A stretch of 64,000 nucleotides of DNA from Stegostoma tigrinum (taxonomy: Eukaryota). Positions 35,325 through 48,460 of this stretch are shown in pieces. The DNA lies in NCBI RefSeq assembly GCF_030684315.1, contig NC_081370.1, positions 5,283,879 through 5,347,878 on the forward strand, given 5' to 3'. Made by a program: the position numbers and the translations under genes. The stretch's first letter is position 1; every line of letters begins with the position of its first letter. The notes below the pieces were generated by a model. That model was not told the DNA's origin, did no database searches, and worked only from the letters and a program-made list of their open reading frames with translations.

Positions 35325-36665
35325 GTACCTGCAATTTCCACTCCTCCATAACTTTCACTTTGTCCTTTTCTGACACACATCTTTCCTGCACTATCTCAGT
35401 TTCAGGGAATAAACTGTCCGCTGCCATCCACTACAAAGCCACTGACTCCTGTAGCTGCCTTCACTACAGCTTGTCACACCCCATGTCCTACAAGGATTCT
35501 ATCCCATTCTCCCAGTTCCTTCACCTACATGGTATCTGTTTGATGCTACCTTCCAAAATAACGCTGTTGACATGGCTTGCTTCTTCCATGACTGGTTTCC
35601 CACCTGCCGTGGTTGACAGGGCCCTCAACCGCATCCGACCTATCACCTATGCTTCCGCCCTTGCCCCTTACCATCGCTTACAACAGTGCAAGCAGGTCCC
35701 TATCGTTCTCACATTTCATCCCACCTACCTCTGCATTCAAAGGATCCTTCTCTGCCATTTCAGACAACTCCAGCAGAATGCCACTATGAAACGCATCTTC
35801 CCTTCACTCCTCCTGTCTGCATTTTGCAGGATTGTTCCCTCCAGGGCACCCTAATCCATTCGTTGAGCACTAACCGCAGCTCTCCCTTCCTGTGGAACCA
35901 TAGAAGGTGCAATACCTGCCACTCCACCTTCCTGCTTACTATCTAAGGACCTAAATAGTCTTTCCAGGTGAAGCATGTTTCATCTGTGCCTCCTCCAATC
36001 TGGTGCATGGTACTCGCTGCGCTCAACGTGGTCTACCACACATTGGAGAAACCAAACGCAGACTGGGTGACTGCGTTGCAGAACACCTCCATTCTGTGCT
36101 TAACATTACCCCAACCCCGTAGCCAGTCATTTTAACACAGCATCCTGCTCGCATGTCCACTTGTCTGTCTTTGGCATGCTGCAATGCTCCAGTGAAGTTC
36201 TCAAACTGAAGGAACAACATCTCATCTTCAGACAAGGCATTTTCTCACCTTCTGAAGATGTTGAACACCACATGAAGCCCAGATTGTGAATCTGCTGCCA
36301 TTCCTTCCCTTTCTTTTAGGTTTGCTTGTTACATTCTCTGTCACCACTTCCTCGCTCCCCTTCCCCTCACCCTAACCCCAGTCGGACTGTCTGTAGTTTT
36401 CAGTCTGGCAGTTAGATACACTATAGTTCTGCCATTCTCACATTGTAATCACCTTAATATGCACCATCAACAACCTCTCTCCCAGCACTCCATACGACTC
36501 CCAAACTGTTGCATAAATGTTGTCCACTCCACACTTCACATTAGCTCAGATGAAGATAATGCTAGATGTTTTAAATGTTAGCTTGATCTCTCTCCACAGA
36601 TGCTGCCTGACCCACTGTGAATTTTCTTTTAGTTATTTTTGGTACAGGTTCCAGCATCTGCAGCA
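35325..36665 (+). mobile_element. Older Penelope-like element fragment
   Basis: NFHSSITFT, IHYKATDS, KDSIPFSQFL, PIVLTFHP, then a GIY-YIG remnant (HIGETKRRLGD) and a degenerate pLTR. Confidence 0.85.
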
Positions 36666-37335
36666 ATTTCCTCCTGCATAAAGTCATATCTTTTACAAGC
36701 AGTGCTTGATTTAAAGTCGATAATCTTGAGAATGCAATTACAAATTTGTATTTTTACGTTTTGTTTTATTAATCAGATTGCTGTGAAATAAAACATCTTA
36801 GATTTCACAGGTTCTGTTCTAGAATTGAACATTATCTTTGCCTCATTGTCTCTGTGCTATCAGACAGCTTGTCCATCCTCCAGTATTGTGTAATCATAGC
36901 TTTCATATCCACTGGACTTCATTATTCTTCCTGGTCCATCACAGGTTGTGATATACAGTCTATTTTAGCTGCTTTTCTGCTTCCTTATCTTCTTGTCAAA
37001 GGCCACTGACCGTCAGTTAAGCAACAAAAGCTTTCACTTATAGATGATTTGAAATCAACCTGTTTGGATATATTATGACTCACCTCCAGGGTGGGTGGGA
37101 ATTGAACACAGTCTTTTGGGCTCAGAAGCAGGGACACTACTAGTGCACCTCAAGACCCATGCTTGGCTTTATTAAGTGCCTTTAATAGAAACAAGAGGAG
37201 AATCTGCCAGTGCCAAGCTGACAACTGTTTAGCATAATAAAACTGCAGGAAACTTTTTAAAGGGAAAAAAGTTAGCGACAAAGTTGATTTGTGATTGAAA
37301 AAATAAGGGTAGGTTAACGAAAGTTAGCACTTGGA

Positions 37336-38139
37336 AGTGGTCTGGGTTTTCATGATTTTGAACATTTCTATCTAGTACTGGTCTAAAGAAAACAAATCCA
37401 GAACCTAACAGTAGTCAGAGCTTCCATAATAATTATGCTAAATCATAAAAGTCAAGTTTAAATTATCACTCCGAAATGAGTTGTTAATGGAAAATTGTAC
37501 TTGATTAACTTGAAAATTCATTGCAGTATTGGAAAGGGTTGATGAGGACAATATAATGATGTTCTATAGATAGATATGCTTTCTGCAGCATTTGAGAAAG
37601 CATCACATATTAGACTTGTCAGGAAATTTTGAAACTTGTGGGCAGAAAGGCACTGAGACAGCATGGCTACAAAACCTTTTAAGGTACAGAAAGTAGAGTG
37701 CAGTACTATTTTTTTTAAATGGGAAAGAGATATCAATGGTGCCCCTCAGGGTTTCTATTATGATCACTGACATTTTTTTTTCATGTACATTAATGACCTG
37801 GACAGGGATATGCAGGGTATAATTTCAAAGGGTGAGATTTCAAATGGGTCTGAGCAACATGGGCTGTGGCAGAATTGGACAAGAATGAATGGGAATAATG
37901 GGCCAAGGATGAGGCCCATTTTGACAAGGGAAGCATCATCTGTGCTTTTCACAAGCATTGTGGCAAGAATTGCAAAATAATTAATTATGGTCAGATCATT
38001 TCGGAGTGATAATTTAAACTTGACTTTTATGATTTAGCATAATTATTATGGAAACTCTGACCACTGTTAGGTTCTGGATTTATTTTCTTTAGACCAGTAC
38101 TAGATAGAAATGTTCAAAATCATGAAAACCCAGACCACT
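37336..38139. repeat. 144-bp inverted repeat pair (37336-37479 and 37996-38139)
   Basis: Arms are reverse complements with 3 mismatches by eye; 516-bp spacer. Confidence 0.93.
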
Positions 38140-39384
38140 GACGATGGCCAGAGTTGTGGGACAATGTGGACTAATGGAATGAATGTGAGAATGATCTCTA
38201 TGGACAGGATGAGCTTGGTTACCTATCTTAACATCTTCTTACGCTCTTTTGGTTGCAGATTTTGTTTGATAATACTCCTATGAAGTATCACTGAATCACC
38301 TCGAAGGAACTGCAGAAATGTAAGTTACTGTTGTTTAAAGCTATAGCTTGCTATTTTTGATAAATTACATCTCTTTTGCAATTGGTGATTGAGATTGACT
38401 AGGAGCTGGATTTGATAATGTCCAAATTCATTGCACAAGGCACTCTTACAGCAGGATGGTAGCGAAGATTTTTATCCTATAATGTGTTCATTGCTTTCAC
38501 TTTCAGAGCTACTTTCCCTCTCCAGAGACAGAAGTGCAACTGCATTGATTGCCACTTGTCTGCAGTATTGAGTGAGTGCTCTGGTGCCACAGGTGCTGAT
38601 TGTCAAATGGACCTATAGGGTGGATGGACAACATGTTAAGAGCACTCTATCTGAATACACGCAGTATTATAAAAAGGTGGCTGATTTGAAGGCACATGTA
38701 GAGGGAAATGAGTATGATCTAATTACCATTACGGAAACAAGATTGCAGAATGACCAAGTGGAACTGAATATCAAAGGTTATCTGATTTTTTTTAAGAGGG
38801 ACAGGGAATTAGGAAAAAGGGGTGGTGTTGCACTGCTAATAAAGATGAGATTGTGATAAAGAAATATAACATGTTATTACTATTTGAGCTTTTAAAACAA
38901 AAGCAGATAAATTTTTTTAGGACCTCAGATTTGACATTTGGAAAAGTGACTAAATACATAATTTTCAAATTGTGGAGGTGTCAGTATCGGACTGGGGTGG
39001 GCGAAGTCGGAAATCACACGATACCAGGTTGTAGCCCAATAGAAGAGCAGTTTCACCCTGGCAGAAGTGTTTTAGTATCATCAAGTTTCCAGCTGTAAGG
39101 GTTTGTATCAAAGTTTTCTACCGATCAGAAGTGGTGTTAGAACTGGGAAGAACTCTTAAAACTATTTCGGCAGTCACTGAAGGAAGCTTGAGAGAGTGGG
39201 TTAAGTGAGAAATCAAAGTTTAAGATTTCACTGGGATTGAGTATCTGAAGACATTGTTGCTTGGAGGAAGATTTAGATCCATGTTTTACTATTTGTATTT
39301 ATCTTTTCCAATTGGTGTTTGTATATACATGCAAATAGCTTTGCTTTTCTCCTTTCCTTTTAATAAACTTAATAGTCTTGTATG

Positions 39385-40660
39385 AGGAGTAGGGGGAATG
39401 CTAGAATCCGTCATAAAGGATGGGACAAATGGACAGTTTGACAGTGATCAGATTGGGAAGTCGTGTGTGAAATTCATGGCTTTTTTTTTGAGTGTGCAAC
39501 TGACAGAATTTATAAAGAAGAGTCATGGATGAAGTATATTTAGATTTTCAAAAGGATACTGAAAATGTCTCAACAGGAGGTTGGCTAGCAACTATAAAGC
39601 ACATGGGAGAGGGATAATATATTGGCATGGATTAAGAATTGGTTAACAGGCAGAAATCAACTGGCCATTCTCCTGTTACCTAGGTAGTAAGGTACTGCAA
39701 GGATCTATACTTGGATCCCAGCTGTTTGCAATCTATATCAATCATATAGATGTGGGCACTAAATATACTATAATATTTCCAGGTTTGCCGAAGACACAAA
39801 GCTCATGTGCTATGAGGAAGATGCGTAATGAGTTGAAGAGAATTTGGAGAAACAGTTAACTGGAGAAGAAGATACCAGATGGAATATAACGTAAAAATCA
39901 TGAGCCATCCATTTGGGTAGGAAGACTAAATGTGCAGGTTCTTTCTTAAGTGGCAAGAGGTTGGGAAGTATAGATTTACCAATGGATTTGATCATTTTGG
40001 AATAAATCACTGAAGGCTTAGATGTAGGTGTCCCAAGCTGTTGGGAAGGTTAATGGACTGTCAGTCTTTATCGCCAGAAGATTTGAGTACAGGAGCAGCA
40101 AAGTCTTGCTGCAGCTGTATAGAGCGTTAGTTTGATTGCACCGAGAGAGGTGTGTACAGATTTGGTCCCCTTACTGTAGAAGGGAGATTACTACAGAGGG
40201 AGTGTCACATATAGTTACCAGACTAGTTGTTACGATGGCAGAATTGTCCTGTGAAGAGGATAGGAGAAACAGGGCCTATATTCTTTCGAGTCTCGAAGAA
40301 TCAGAGGTAACTCTATTGAAACCTACAAAATGTTTGAAGGGATAGACAGGGTAGATGCGTGTAAGATGATTCTGCTGTTTGGGGATCGTAGAACCAAGGG
40401 ATACAGTTTCAAAATTATGAAGATGCCACTTAGGACAGTGAGAAGGATTATGTTTTTTTAAAAATCCATTAGATTATGAATCTTTGAAAGGACTGTGGAA
40501 GCTGAGCTATTGTTTATATTTAAACTAAATTTCTAAATACTAAAAGTATAAAGGGTTAGTGAGGGGCTGAAAAAGTATTGAAACGGATGATCAGCCATGA
40601 TTACATTGCATGGTGGAGCAGGCTCAGTGGACTGAATCCCTAATGATGTTCCTGTGTAGT
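39385..40660 (+). mobile_element. Old degenerate CR1 LINE (RT to 3' end)
   Basis: Remnants of YLDFQK, WIKNWL, FAEDTK, CVQIWSPY and a CR1-type 3' UTR. Confidence 0.75.
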
Positions 40661-41725
40661 TTGCTCCTAAGTCATGGCACAAGTCAGGATCTATGATAGC
40701 TCCTTCCAAACTCAACTCCCACCACCTAGAATGACAAGGGCAGTAGTTACCAAGAATGGTAATACATGCTATCTGTAAGTACCCTTCCAAGCCACAGCCC
40801 ACCCTGAAATGGAAATATATAGTTGTCCCTTCACTGTCATTGTTACAAAACTCTGGAACTGCCTCCTTGTCAATGTGTACCAGCATCACATGGACTGCAA
40901 CTGTTCACAAATGCAGTTCACCAGCTTTTCAAAGACATTTAAGAGTGTGCACTAAATACTGACCCAGGAAGAAGTGCCCATGTACCATGAAAGCACGAAA
41001 CAGTCTCCTGGGAGGCCTGTCCAATACATATCCCTTAGATAACCACTATAACAGATTATCTGACCATTGCAGCTTGGGATCTTGCTGAATGCAGTATGGC
41101 TGCTCTACTGCCCCAAATTGCTACTGTGGCTACATTTCAATTATCTGTCATTGACTTTAAAGTGATTTGAGTTATGCTAAGTATACGAAAGCCCAATACA
41201 AAAGGAAACTTCTCTTTGTCAGCATACATAGTCCCTTTTCATATATATACACCAGTCAGGTGAGTCATACAGCACAGAAACAGGACCTTCAACCCAAATT
41301 ATCCATGCCAACTAGATTTCCTAAACTAAACTAGTTCCTTTTGGCCCATATCCCTCTTAAACCTCTCCTATCCATGTACCTGTCCTAATGTCTTTTGTAT
41401 GTTATAATTGCACCCATCAAGTGCAGTATACTTTACTACTTTCCTCACTGAATAACATGTCCCTATTTCCCCATGAACAAACTTACTGGAAAGCTATGGA
41501 CTCTGTCAGCCCTTTCAATTAGGAGAACAAACTAGACAACATGCATAATATGATTTATTTTGCCCTATTGTGGAAGTACCACAAACGAATTTAATTTTCG
41601 GTTGTCTTGTTTTGCCAATTATGCAGGCTGCAGCCTTCTCTCGAGGGAGAAATCTTGTGGAAAACACCAGCCATCTGACCAACATGTCAGAACATGCATC
41701 TCTCGATGCTGAGCGATGGTAAAAG

Positions 41726-41969
41726 ATGGCTGAATCACTGCGTGGGGAAGCAGGCAGCATCAGCCATGCAGATGTGTGCTTGGCGGATAACCGATTGAAT
41801 TTAGATGTATTTCCAAACAGCAGCAGCCGATTTTCTGTACTTTATGAAACACGCAAAGCAGAGGTGCAACAGGTTGAGTTTCTACGACTAAACTGCAATG
41901 ACGAGCAAATTGATTCATCGCTTGCTATCATTCCTGAACTAAGGAAGCTGAAATCGCTTGTACTTAAAG
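41726..41969 (+). CDS. PIDD1: p53-induced death domain protein 1, exon 2 coding part (exon starts at 41627)
   Basis: MAES...NRLNLDVFP...QVEFLRL...LKSLVLK(G) matches the recalled PIDD1 N-terminus (NRLSLDLYP, QVEFLRL, LRSLVLKG); context AAGATGG; donor AAG|gtaata. Confidence 0.93.
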
Positions 41970-42559
41970 GTAATACAAGTAGATTTAGTTATGTAGTTGT
42001 ACAAATACATTACCATCACTCATACGTCCAGTTTAATTAGTTATGTATATATGTAATTTTGTTTTAATATTTGAAGTGGTATCTGGTATGATTATCTTCG
42101 ATAATTGTTTTTGTTGAAGTAATACTTTTATTTCCTGTACATAAGATCTTTTTCACAGCTAAGTATCCTGTGAAATGTAGCAATCTGTGACCTGGATTGC
42201 ACCAAGCCTTTCTTAAGATTAAATTGCTTTTCTTTCAGTCTGCAAAGTATCATTGCCCTGGTTGAGCATGTATTTTGAAGAGAGATGAATATTTCAGAAT
42301 TAATTAGAATAACTGAATCATGAAATAATCTTGATTGTTTAGAGCTGCTGACCTGTTTGTGTATGATGATATTCCCCCTTTGGTTTCCTATCACATATGA
42401 TAGAATTTGATTGGTATCTTGAAGTTTTAAAGGATGGGAGGGAGCTTTACGAAGCATTGTGGAGCCGAGCATCTTCAAAAACACTTACTATCTGTTAGCT
42501 TTATAGTTACAGCCATCTGGATGGCTATCATTGTTCTAAATCTGACCATGTTGATCCAT

Positions 42560-43510
42560 GGAAGATGGAACATAATGTGAGGTTAAGCACTTTGGCAGGA
42601 AGAATAGAGGAGCTGAATATTATTTAAATGAAGGAAGACTGCAGAAATCTACGGAACTGAAGGACTTGGGAGTTTTCATCCAGAATTTACAAAAAGCTAG
42701 TAATCGAGTTCAGTGGATAATAGGGAATGTGAATGGAATCAAAAACAGAAGTGCCTGGAAAAACTCAGCAGATCTGGCAGCATCTGTGGAGAGAAATCAG
42801 ATGTAACATTTCAAGTAGGGTTTGTGTTTTTGATTTCCAGCATCCACCGTTCTTTTGCGTTTTGTATGCAAATAGAAAGTTGGCCTTTTATTTCAAAGAG
42901 AATGCAGTATAAAAGTATGGAAGTTTTGTTCAACCTAGACACTAGTCAGATAACAACTAGAATACTGTCATCAATTTTGGGCCCCTTATCGAAGGAAAGA
43001 TATTAGTAGTAATAGAGGTAATGCAGAGAAGGTTGACTAGGCTGATACCTAGGTGTGGGAAGTAGTCTTATGTAAGGAGGTTGAGCAAATGGAGCCTGTA
43101 TCTGTTGGAATCAGGAAGAATAAAGCAACTTTATTTTTAGTATAAAAGATTGTCCAGGCCCTTTACAGGGTAGATATAGAAAGTTTGGTTACTCTGGACT
43201 TGGACCAGAGGGCATAATTGTGGAATAAGGGGTTGTGCATTTAAGACAGATGAGGAATATCCTCTCCTCTCTGCGGGTAGTGAACTTGTAGATTTTTGTT
43301 TTTAACCGTAAAGGGCTGTTGAGGCTGGGCCCTCAAACATATTCAAGGCTGAGATACATTTTTGTTTTAATCAGCAAGGGAATCGAAGGCCATTGTGGGG
43401 TGGTGGGGGGGTAAGCAGGAAAGTGGAATTGGGGATTATCTGATCAGCCATGAATTTCATTGAATAGCAATAGACTGAATGGTCTGCTTCTCCTAGCTTT
43501 ATGGTCTTAT
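42560..43510 (+). mobile_element. Degenerate CR1 LINE 3' part, interrupted by a pLTR fragment at about 42740-42865
   Basis: CR1-like blocks (cactttggcaggaagaatag, cagagaaggttgactaggctgatacc) and 3' UTR gatcagccatg. Confidence 0.7.
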
Positions 43511-43570
43511 CTGAAAATTCCTGAGCCTCTTGGTGATGTGACACATTGCGTTATGCTTGGCATTCATTAG

Positions 43571-43984
43571 GTGGCCATATCAAAGATGACTATGGAGCAT
43601 GTCAGCGAGGTCTGGTGGCCACTTTGCCTGTGGAGTTCAGACATCTCCAGCACTTGACCCATTTGGATTTGAGCTTCAACAGCTTTACCTCTGTTCCTGA
43701 ATGCGTGACCGAGTTAAAGGAACTAACTGTGCTTCTGCTGTCCCATAACCAGCTGGCCGCACTGCCCAAGAGCATTGGCAAGCTGGCAAAACTGACCTTT
43801 CTTTCACTGATGAAAAACAAGTTGAGAGAGTTGCCTGGAAGCATTGGCAAACTTGTGGCATTGCAGAAAGCAAATATATCTGAAAATGAACTGGAACAGC
43901 TTCCTGACGAGATTGGAAACCTCCTCAACTGTGCACAGTTAGACCTTTCAGGCAATAGATTAACAACCATACCGTCTTCACTTG
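43571..43984 (+). CDS. PIDD1: PIDD1 exon 3 (leucine-rich repeats)
   Basis: LTHLDLSFNSFTSVP, LLLSHNQLAALP, LDLSGNRLTTIP; attag| and |gtgagt; 414 nt. Confidence 0.96.
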
Positions 43985-44544
43985 GTGAGTTTATTTGCCA
44001 AACAATTGTAATCACTGGAATACCAACATCATTTGAGTTTAGAAATTGTTCAATAATTGGAGATGTACAGAAGGTTACTTTGTTCAGATTTGTGAACATC
44101 TAAGGAGATAATGTGCAAAATACTTAAAATTAATTTCATGTGATAAGATTAATTTCCCAGCGTGTTTTGTCAAGTTGAGTAGTGTCTACACTACTGCACT
44201 TTTGGTACCCACTAAGTTTCAAGAGAATGCAATGGAAAATTAGCATTCTGATCAGAGAGTTTACCTATAAAATGACAATCAAGAGCAACGGTGAATAAAT
44301 ATTACTTTGAAGCTCTATTAATATTTATTAGTCCACAATAAATGTTATACAATCTCGTACAATATCTGTTGGTAAACCTTTGAGTCTTACATTATTCCAA
44401 AATTTTGTATATATGTTTTAATTTTCAGCATGTTGATGTTGTAATACGATATCATTTTAGGTGCTGGTGTTATAAGAGATGTAATAAGTGCCTTTTTTAA
44501 ACAGCAGTTATAAATGACACACAGCTTTTATACTCTGCACACAG

Positions 44545-44748
44545 CAAACCTGAAATCTCTTGGGGAATTGTACCTACACAGCAACCAACTTGTAACCGTC
44601 CCAACCTCCCTCGCTCATCTTCCCAAATTGTCCAGACTTGACCTGCAAAACAACAGCTTGCGCTCTGTCCCTGCAGAGATCCAGAATTTGCCCTGTGTGA
44701 ACTTAAAGGGCAATCCAATAGGGGAGGCAGAGTCCCCAAAAGAAAAAG
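44545..44748 (+). CDS. PIDD1: PIDD1 exon 4 (leucine-rich repeats)
   Basis: LGELYLHSNQLVTVP, LSRLDLQNNSLRSVP, LKGNPIG; acacag| and |gtaata; 204 nt. Confidence 0.95.
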
Positions 44749-45494
44749 GTAATAAATCCAAAGTTTTTTTTTCACTTCACCAGTTTCGATTTTGTAACTT
44801 TGCAAAAGTTTGTGTGTTTATGTACTTTTTAAAAACAAGGCTTTTGTTTTCTTTTGATTTGCTGAATGCCATGAGTCATGAAAGGGGTTCCATGCTTTTC
44901 CAGTTCTACTTGAGTTGCTGTGGATGGGACATTGCATAAGAAATGATGTATGTAGAGGTTAATTGGTCATCTGGTTAATCAACCCAGTAGCCCATCATCA
45001 TGCTTTGAGCTGAAACTACTATCAGTTTAATCATGGGAGGAGAAAGGTACTACACTGAAACTTCCAGCAGTGAAGTCATTGGGCACTGTTCAGGATTAAA
45101 ACCTTTTGTATTATTTCTTTGATTTGCCCCTTTCTTCTAAGCTGGAGATAAATGGCTTATAGACCCAACAAGGCAATTCAGCCACACTTGTCTGTGTAGG
45201 AGCTCATCTGTCAATCCCATTTCCCTTCCCCTTCTCTGTAGCCCTGCAAAAAATTTCTCTTTTGGATAATTGTTCAAGTGTCTCTTTAAAGCCACAATTG
45301 AAGGTGCCTTCTCACAGCCTTAGTACATTCTAGAAATTCACTGCTTGCTGCTTAAGCAAGTTTTTCCTCTTGTTGGTTCTTTTTGCCAATGACCTTAAAT
45401 TGATATCCCGTGGTTTTCAGTTTCTCCCTTTTGTTTTTTGAATCGAGCAAATCTGCACTCAACCTTCCCCTTCTCTAAGTAGAACTTCGGTAAC

Positions 45495-45591
45495 AGATAA
45501 CAAAGTGTGAAGCTGGATGAACACAGCAGGCCAAGCAGCATCTCAGGAGCACAAAAGCTGACGTTTCGGGCCTAGACCCTTCTTCAGAGAG
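45495..45591 (-). repeat. Penelope pLTR with hammerhead motif (CTGAAGA variant, 45558-45587)
   Basis: Minus strand reads ctgaagaagggtctaggcccgaaacgtcag; sits inside a degenerate minus-strand CR1 fragment. Confidence 0.8.
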
Positions 45592-45845
45592 GAATCCATT
45601 TCTGTGACTGAAATCCTTCATCCCCATAGCCATCCTGCTAAATGTTTCCTGAACCCTCAAAGTCATTTAATACTTAGCTTTAAAGATCAAAAATAATTGC
45701 AAAGAATGTTCCCTGTTTGATTTGGGGTGAAGGGCTCCATCTTTTCCCTTGACTTTCCCTTCTACTGAGCTGAGCTTCATTTTTTACACTTGCAATCATA
45801 ACTGGAGCCTACTGTATCTGAACTTAAGTCAATTACGCTTTTACA

Positions 45846-45917
45846 CACCCCTTAGAATAACGGTTAATACCCCTGCCTGTCACATGGGAGACCAGGGTTC
45901 AATCCCTTGGTGGGGAG
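45846..45917 (+). pseudogene. tRNA-Asp(GUC)-derived pseudogene
   Basis: 72 nt colinear with vertebrate tRNA-Asp as recalled: anticodon loop CTGTCAC, GGGAGACC, T loop GGTTCAATC, 3' end GGGGAG; many CpG-type transitions disrupt the stems. Confidence 0.8.
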
Positions 45918-47640
45918 GGAAACTTGCTTGGATCAGCCATGCTCCCCTCGAAAGGCAGAGCAGGCTCAAGGGGCCGAACAGCCTACTCCTGTTTCTATTT
46001 CATATGCTCTTGTAGTTTTGAATTAGTATAATCTAGCGGAACTTAAGCAATTCACATTCTGTCTCCCTCTCCTACTCTTCCCACCACCCCCCAAGCGCGC
46101 ATACACCACGGCTTCACAATCTCTCAAGTGAAACTCCTAGGTTTGCTTGACCCATGCACCACCTGTGTATTGCCTGGAATTGAAACTAGGCAAAGAGCAG
46201 CAGATTGAGCCTTCCTGTGTATAGCCTTATTTAGAATTTTATGATTCATTCTTAACATCTTCTAATTCTCCATCTCTTATTGTCGTAGCCACAAACTCAC
46301 GTTGAGGTACATCCACGCAAGTGTTTTACCCAAGTAGTAAGATGAGTTGGTGGCTGTCAACTGACTGTATAAAGCATTCTGTGAGACCAGAGCCTGCTCT
46401 TGTCCGACAGATGTACCTACACTCTCTGATGAAACCTTACTGTGACACTGGCAAATGTTGGTTTACTGAGCACAGGTAAAGAGCCTGATCCTGGGACAGT
46501 GTGGTCAGTATGGCTGAATTCCACAGCAAGCAATCATTTTACCAACTAAGTTTGCAGAATGGCCCTTGCAGCTCTCTGCTGTATATCTTTATTCAGATCA
46601 CCTCCCCCAGAGTACTCATCAAGGGTCCAGGCCGGAAACATCAGCTCTCCTGCTTCTCTGATGCTGCCTGACCTGCTGTGCTCCAGCTCCACACTGTGTG
46701 TGTGTTGCTCCAGTATAATTGTCTATTTTACAGATGCACTGGGCAAATGTTGCTGATTAACCTCACCTCGCACAGAATGAGTGACCTGATATGTTTGTAC
46801 TGAGAGACATCAGTCTTGAAGGAGCATTGCATTTTAATTTGTGTGGAGATGACCTGCTCTTTATAGCGGTTTTCATGGTGCTGTACAAAAATAAATAGAA
46901 ATCAGGGAGTTTGAAGTGGCAACTGAGACAGAATCCTTGCATGATTGCTCCAAGAGTTCAATCAATGATTGAAGTCTCCTTCCTTTTAATAGATTCAAAC
47001 AGCACATTCCAACCAGTCTGTGCTAAACATAATCCCAAACTAAACTAGTCCCAGAGGCCTGTGCTTGGTCCGTATTCCCATATTCCTCCAAACATTTCTT
47101 ATTCATGTACTTATGCAAATATCTTTTAAACATTGTAACCATACCTGCATTCACCACTTCCAATGGAAACTCCATTCTATACAATGATTATCAGTATCAT
47201 AAGTAGCAGTTATTAAAAAGTAACATTAAATTTCCCAGGTTGGGAATCAGTGTCGCTGTTGTCCTGCCCTGCATTTTCTTCCATGTTGGTGTTCCTGTAC
47301 TGGATTGAAAATGCCACCAGAGGGCAACAGCCACCATTTCAGTCGTCAGCAGGAGGCTCTAACATTGTGTGCTGGCATTCATAGCCTGAAGCCCTTATTG
47401 AAACACTTTTTGTATCACTTCAATATTGGCAGATCAGATGAAAAATGTGAAAAGTGGGGGAAAAACCTATAAGATTTCTGGTGCAGTCTGCCACTGGAAG
47501 AATACTGTATTTTGTGCTATCATTGTTTGCATAATGGAAACGATAGAGCATTTTAATTTTAATTTTAAAAATATTTATGGAAAATACTATGTGAATGCCA
47601 AGATCGCAAGTAGATCCCTACTTCTGAGGTTTGTGATACA

Positions 47641-47956
47641 ATTAGACTCCCTACAGTGTGGGAACAGGCTCTTCAGCTCAACAAGTCCACACTGACCCTC
47701 AGACATCAAACCCAAACCCACCCCCCTATAGCCCACCTAATCTACACATCCCTGAACACTACAGGCAATTTGGAATGGCTAAACCACCTAGCCTGCACAT
47801 CTTTGGACTGTGGGAGGAAACCGGAGCACCCAGAGGAAACCCACACAGACACGAGGAGAACGTGCAAACTCCACACAGTTGCCTGAGAGTGGAATTGGAC
47901 CCAGGCCCCTGGTGCTGTGGGGCAGCAGCGCTAACCATTGAGCCACCGTGCCGCCC
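47641..47956 (-). mobile_element. HE1-type V-SINE (minus strand)
   Basis: Reverse complement begins gggcggcacggtggctcaatggttagcgctg and has the V-domain and tail. Confidence 0.9.
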
Positions 47957-48317
47957 AGATCTGATTATGAAGATTGATCAGATTAAACGTGTGTTTTGCA
48001 ACATCACCTGAATCCTGTAATAGATTGCTTCCATCCAGCGTTTCTGCATACAAGCCAGAATGAAAATCTAGGATACAAAGGGACCCTATGTTAAGTGAAG
48101 AGAAATGTTTCCACTGATGGAATTGACTTGCCTGTATTACTCACAGTTTTTTGCTCCTGGCATTATAAGGCCATTCAAGCCAATGACATTGGGAATATAA
48201 TTTCTCATGTGATATACCATGTGTGGTGGCAGATGCTTAAAATCACTTGACAAAACTTGTACAGAGATGATTTGTGTTCCACAACAACTACTGGATTCCT
48301 TTTCTCATTCTGTATAG

Positions 48318-48372
48318 GCTGTGCCAAAACCAAAGATATCCTAGTCCGAAACCTCTCCTCCGATACAGACAG
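48318..48372 (+). CDS. PIDD1: PIDD1 exon 5
   Basis: (G)CAKTKDILVRNLSSDTD(S); tgtatag| and |gtaccc; 55 nt, phase 1-2, links exons 4 and 6 in frame. Confidence 0.88.
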
Positions 48373-48460
48373 GTACCCGCAGTTGTTGTTTGATCAAATT
48401 GTATAGTTTGGTTGCCTGAGGTAATGGAATTTAAATCCGTGCCTTATTGAATTCTTCCAG

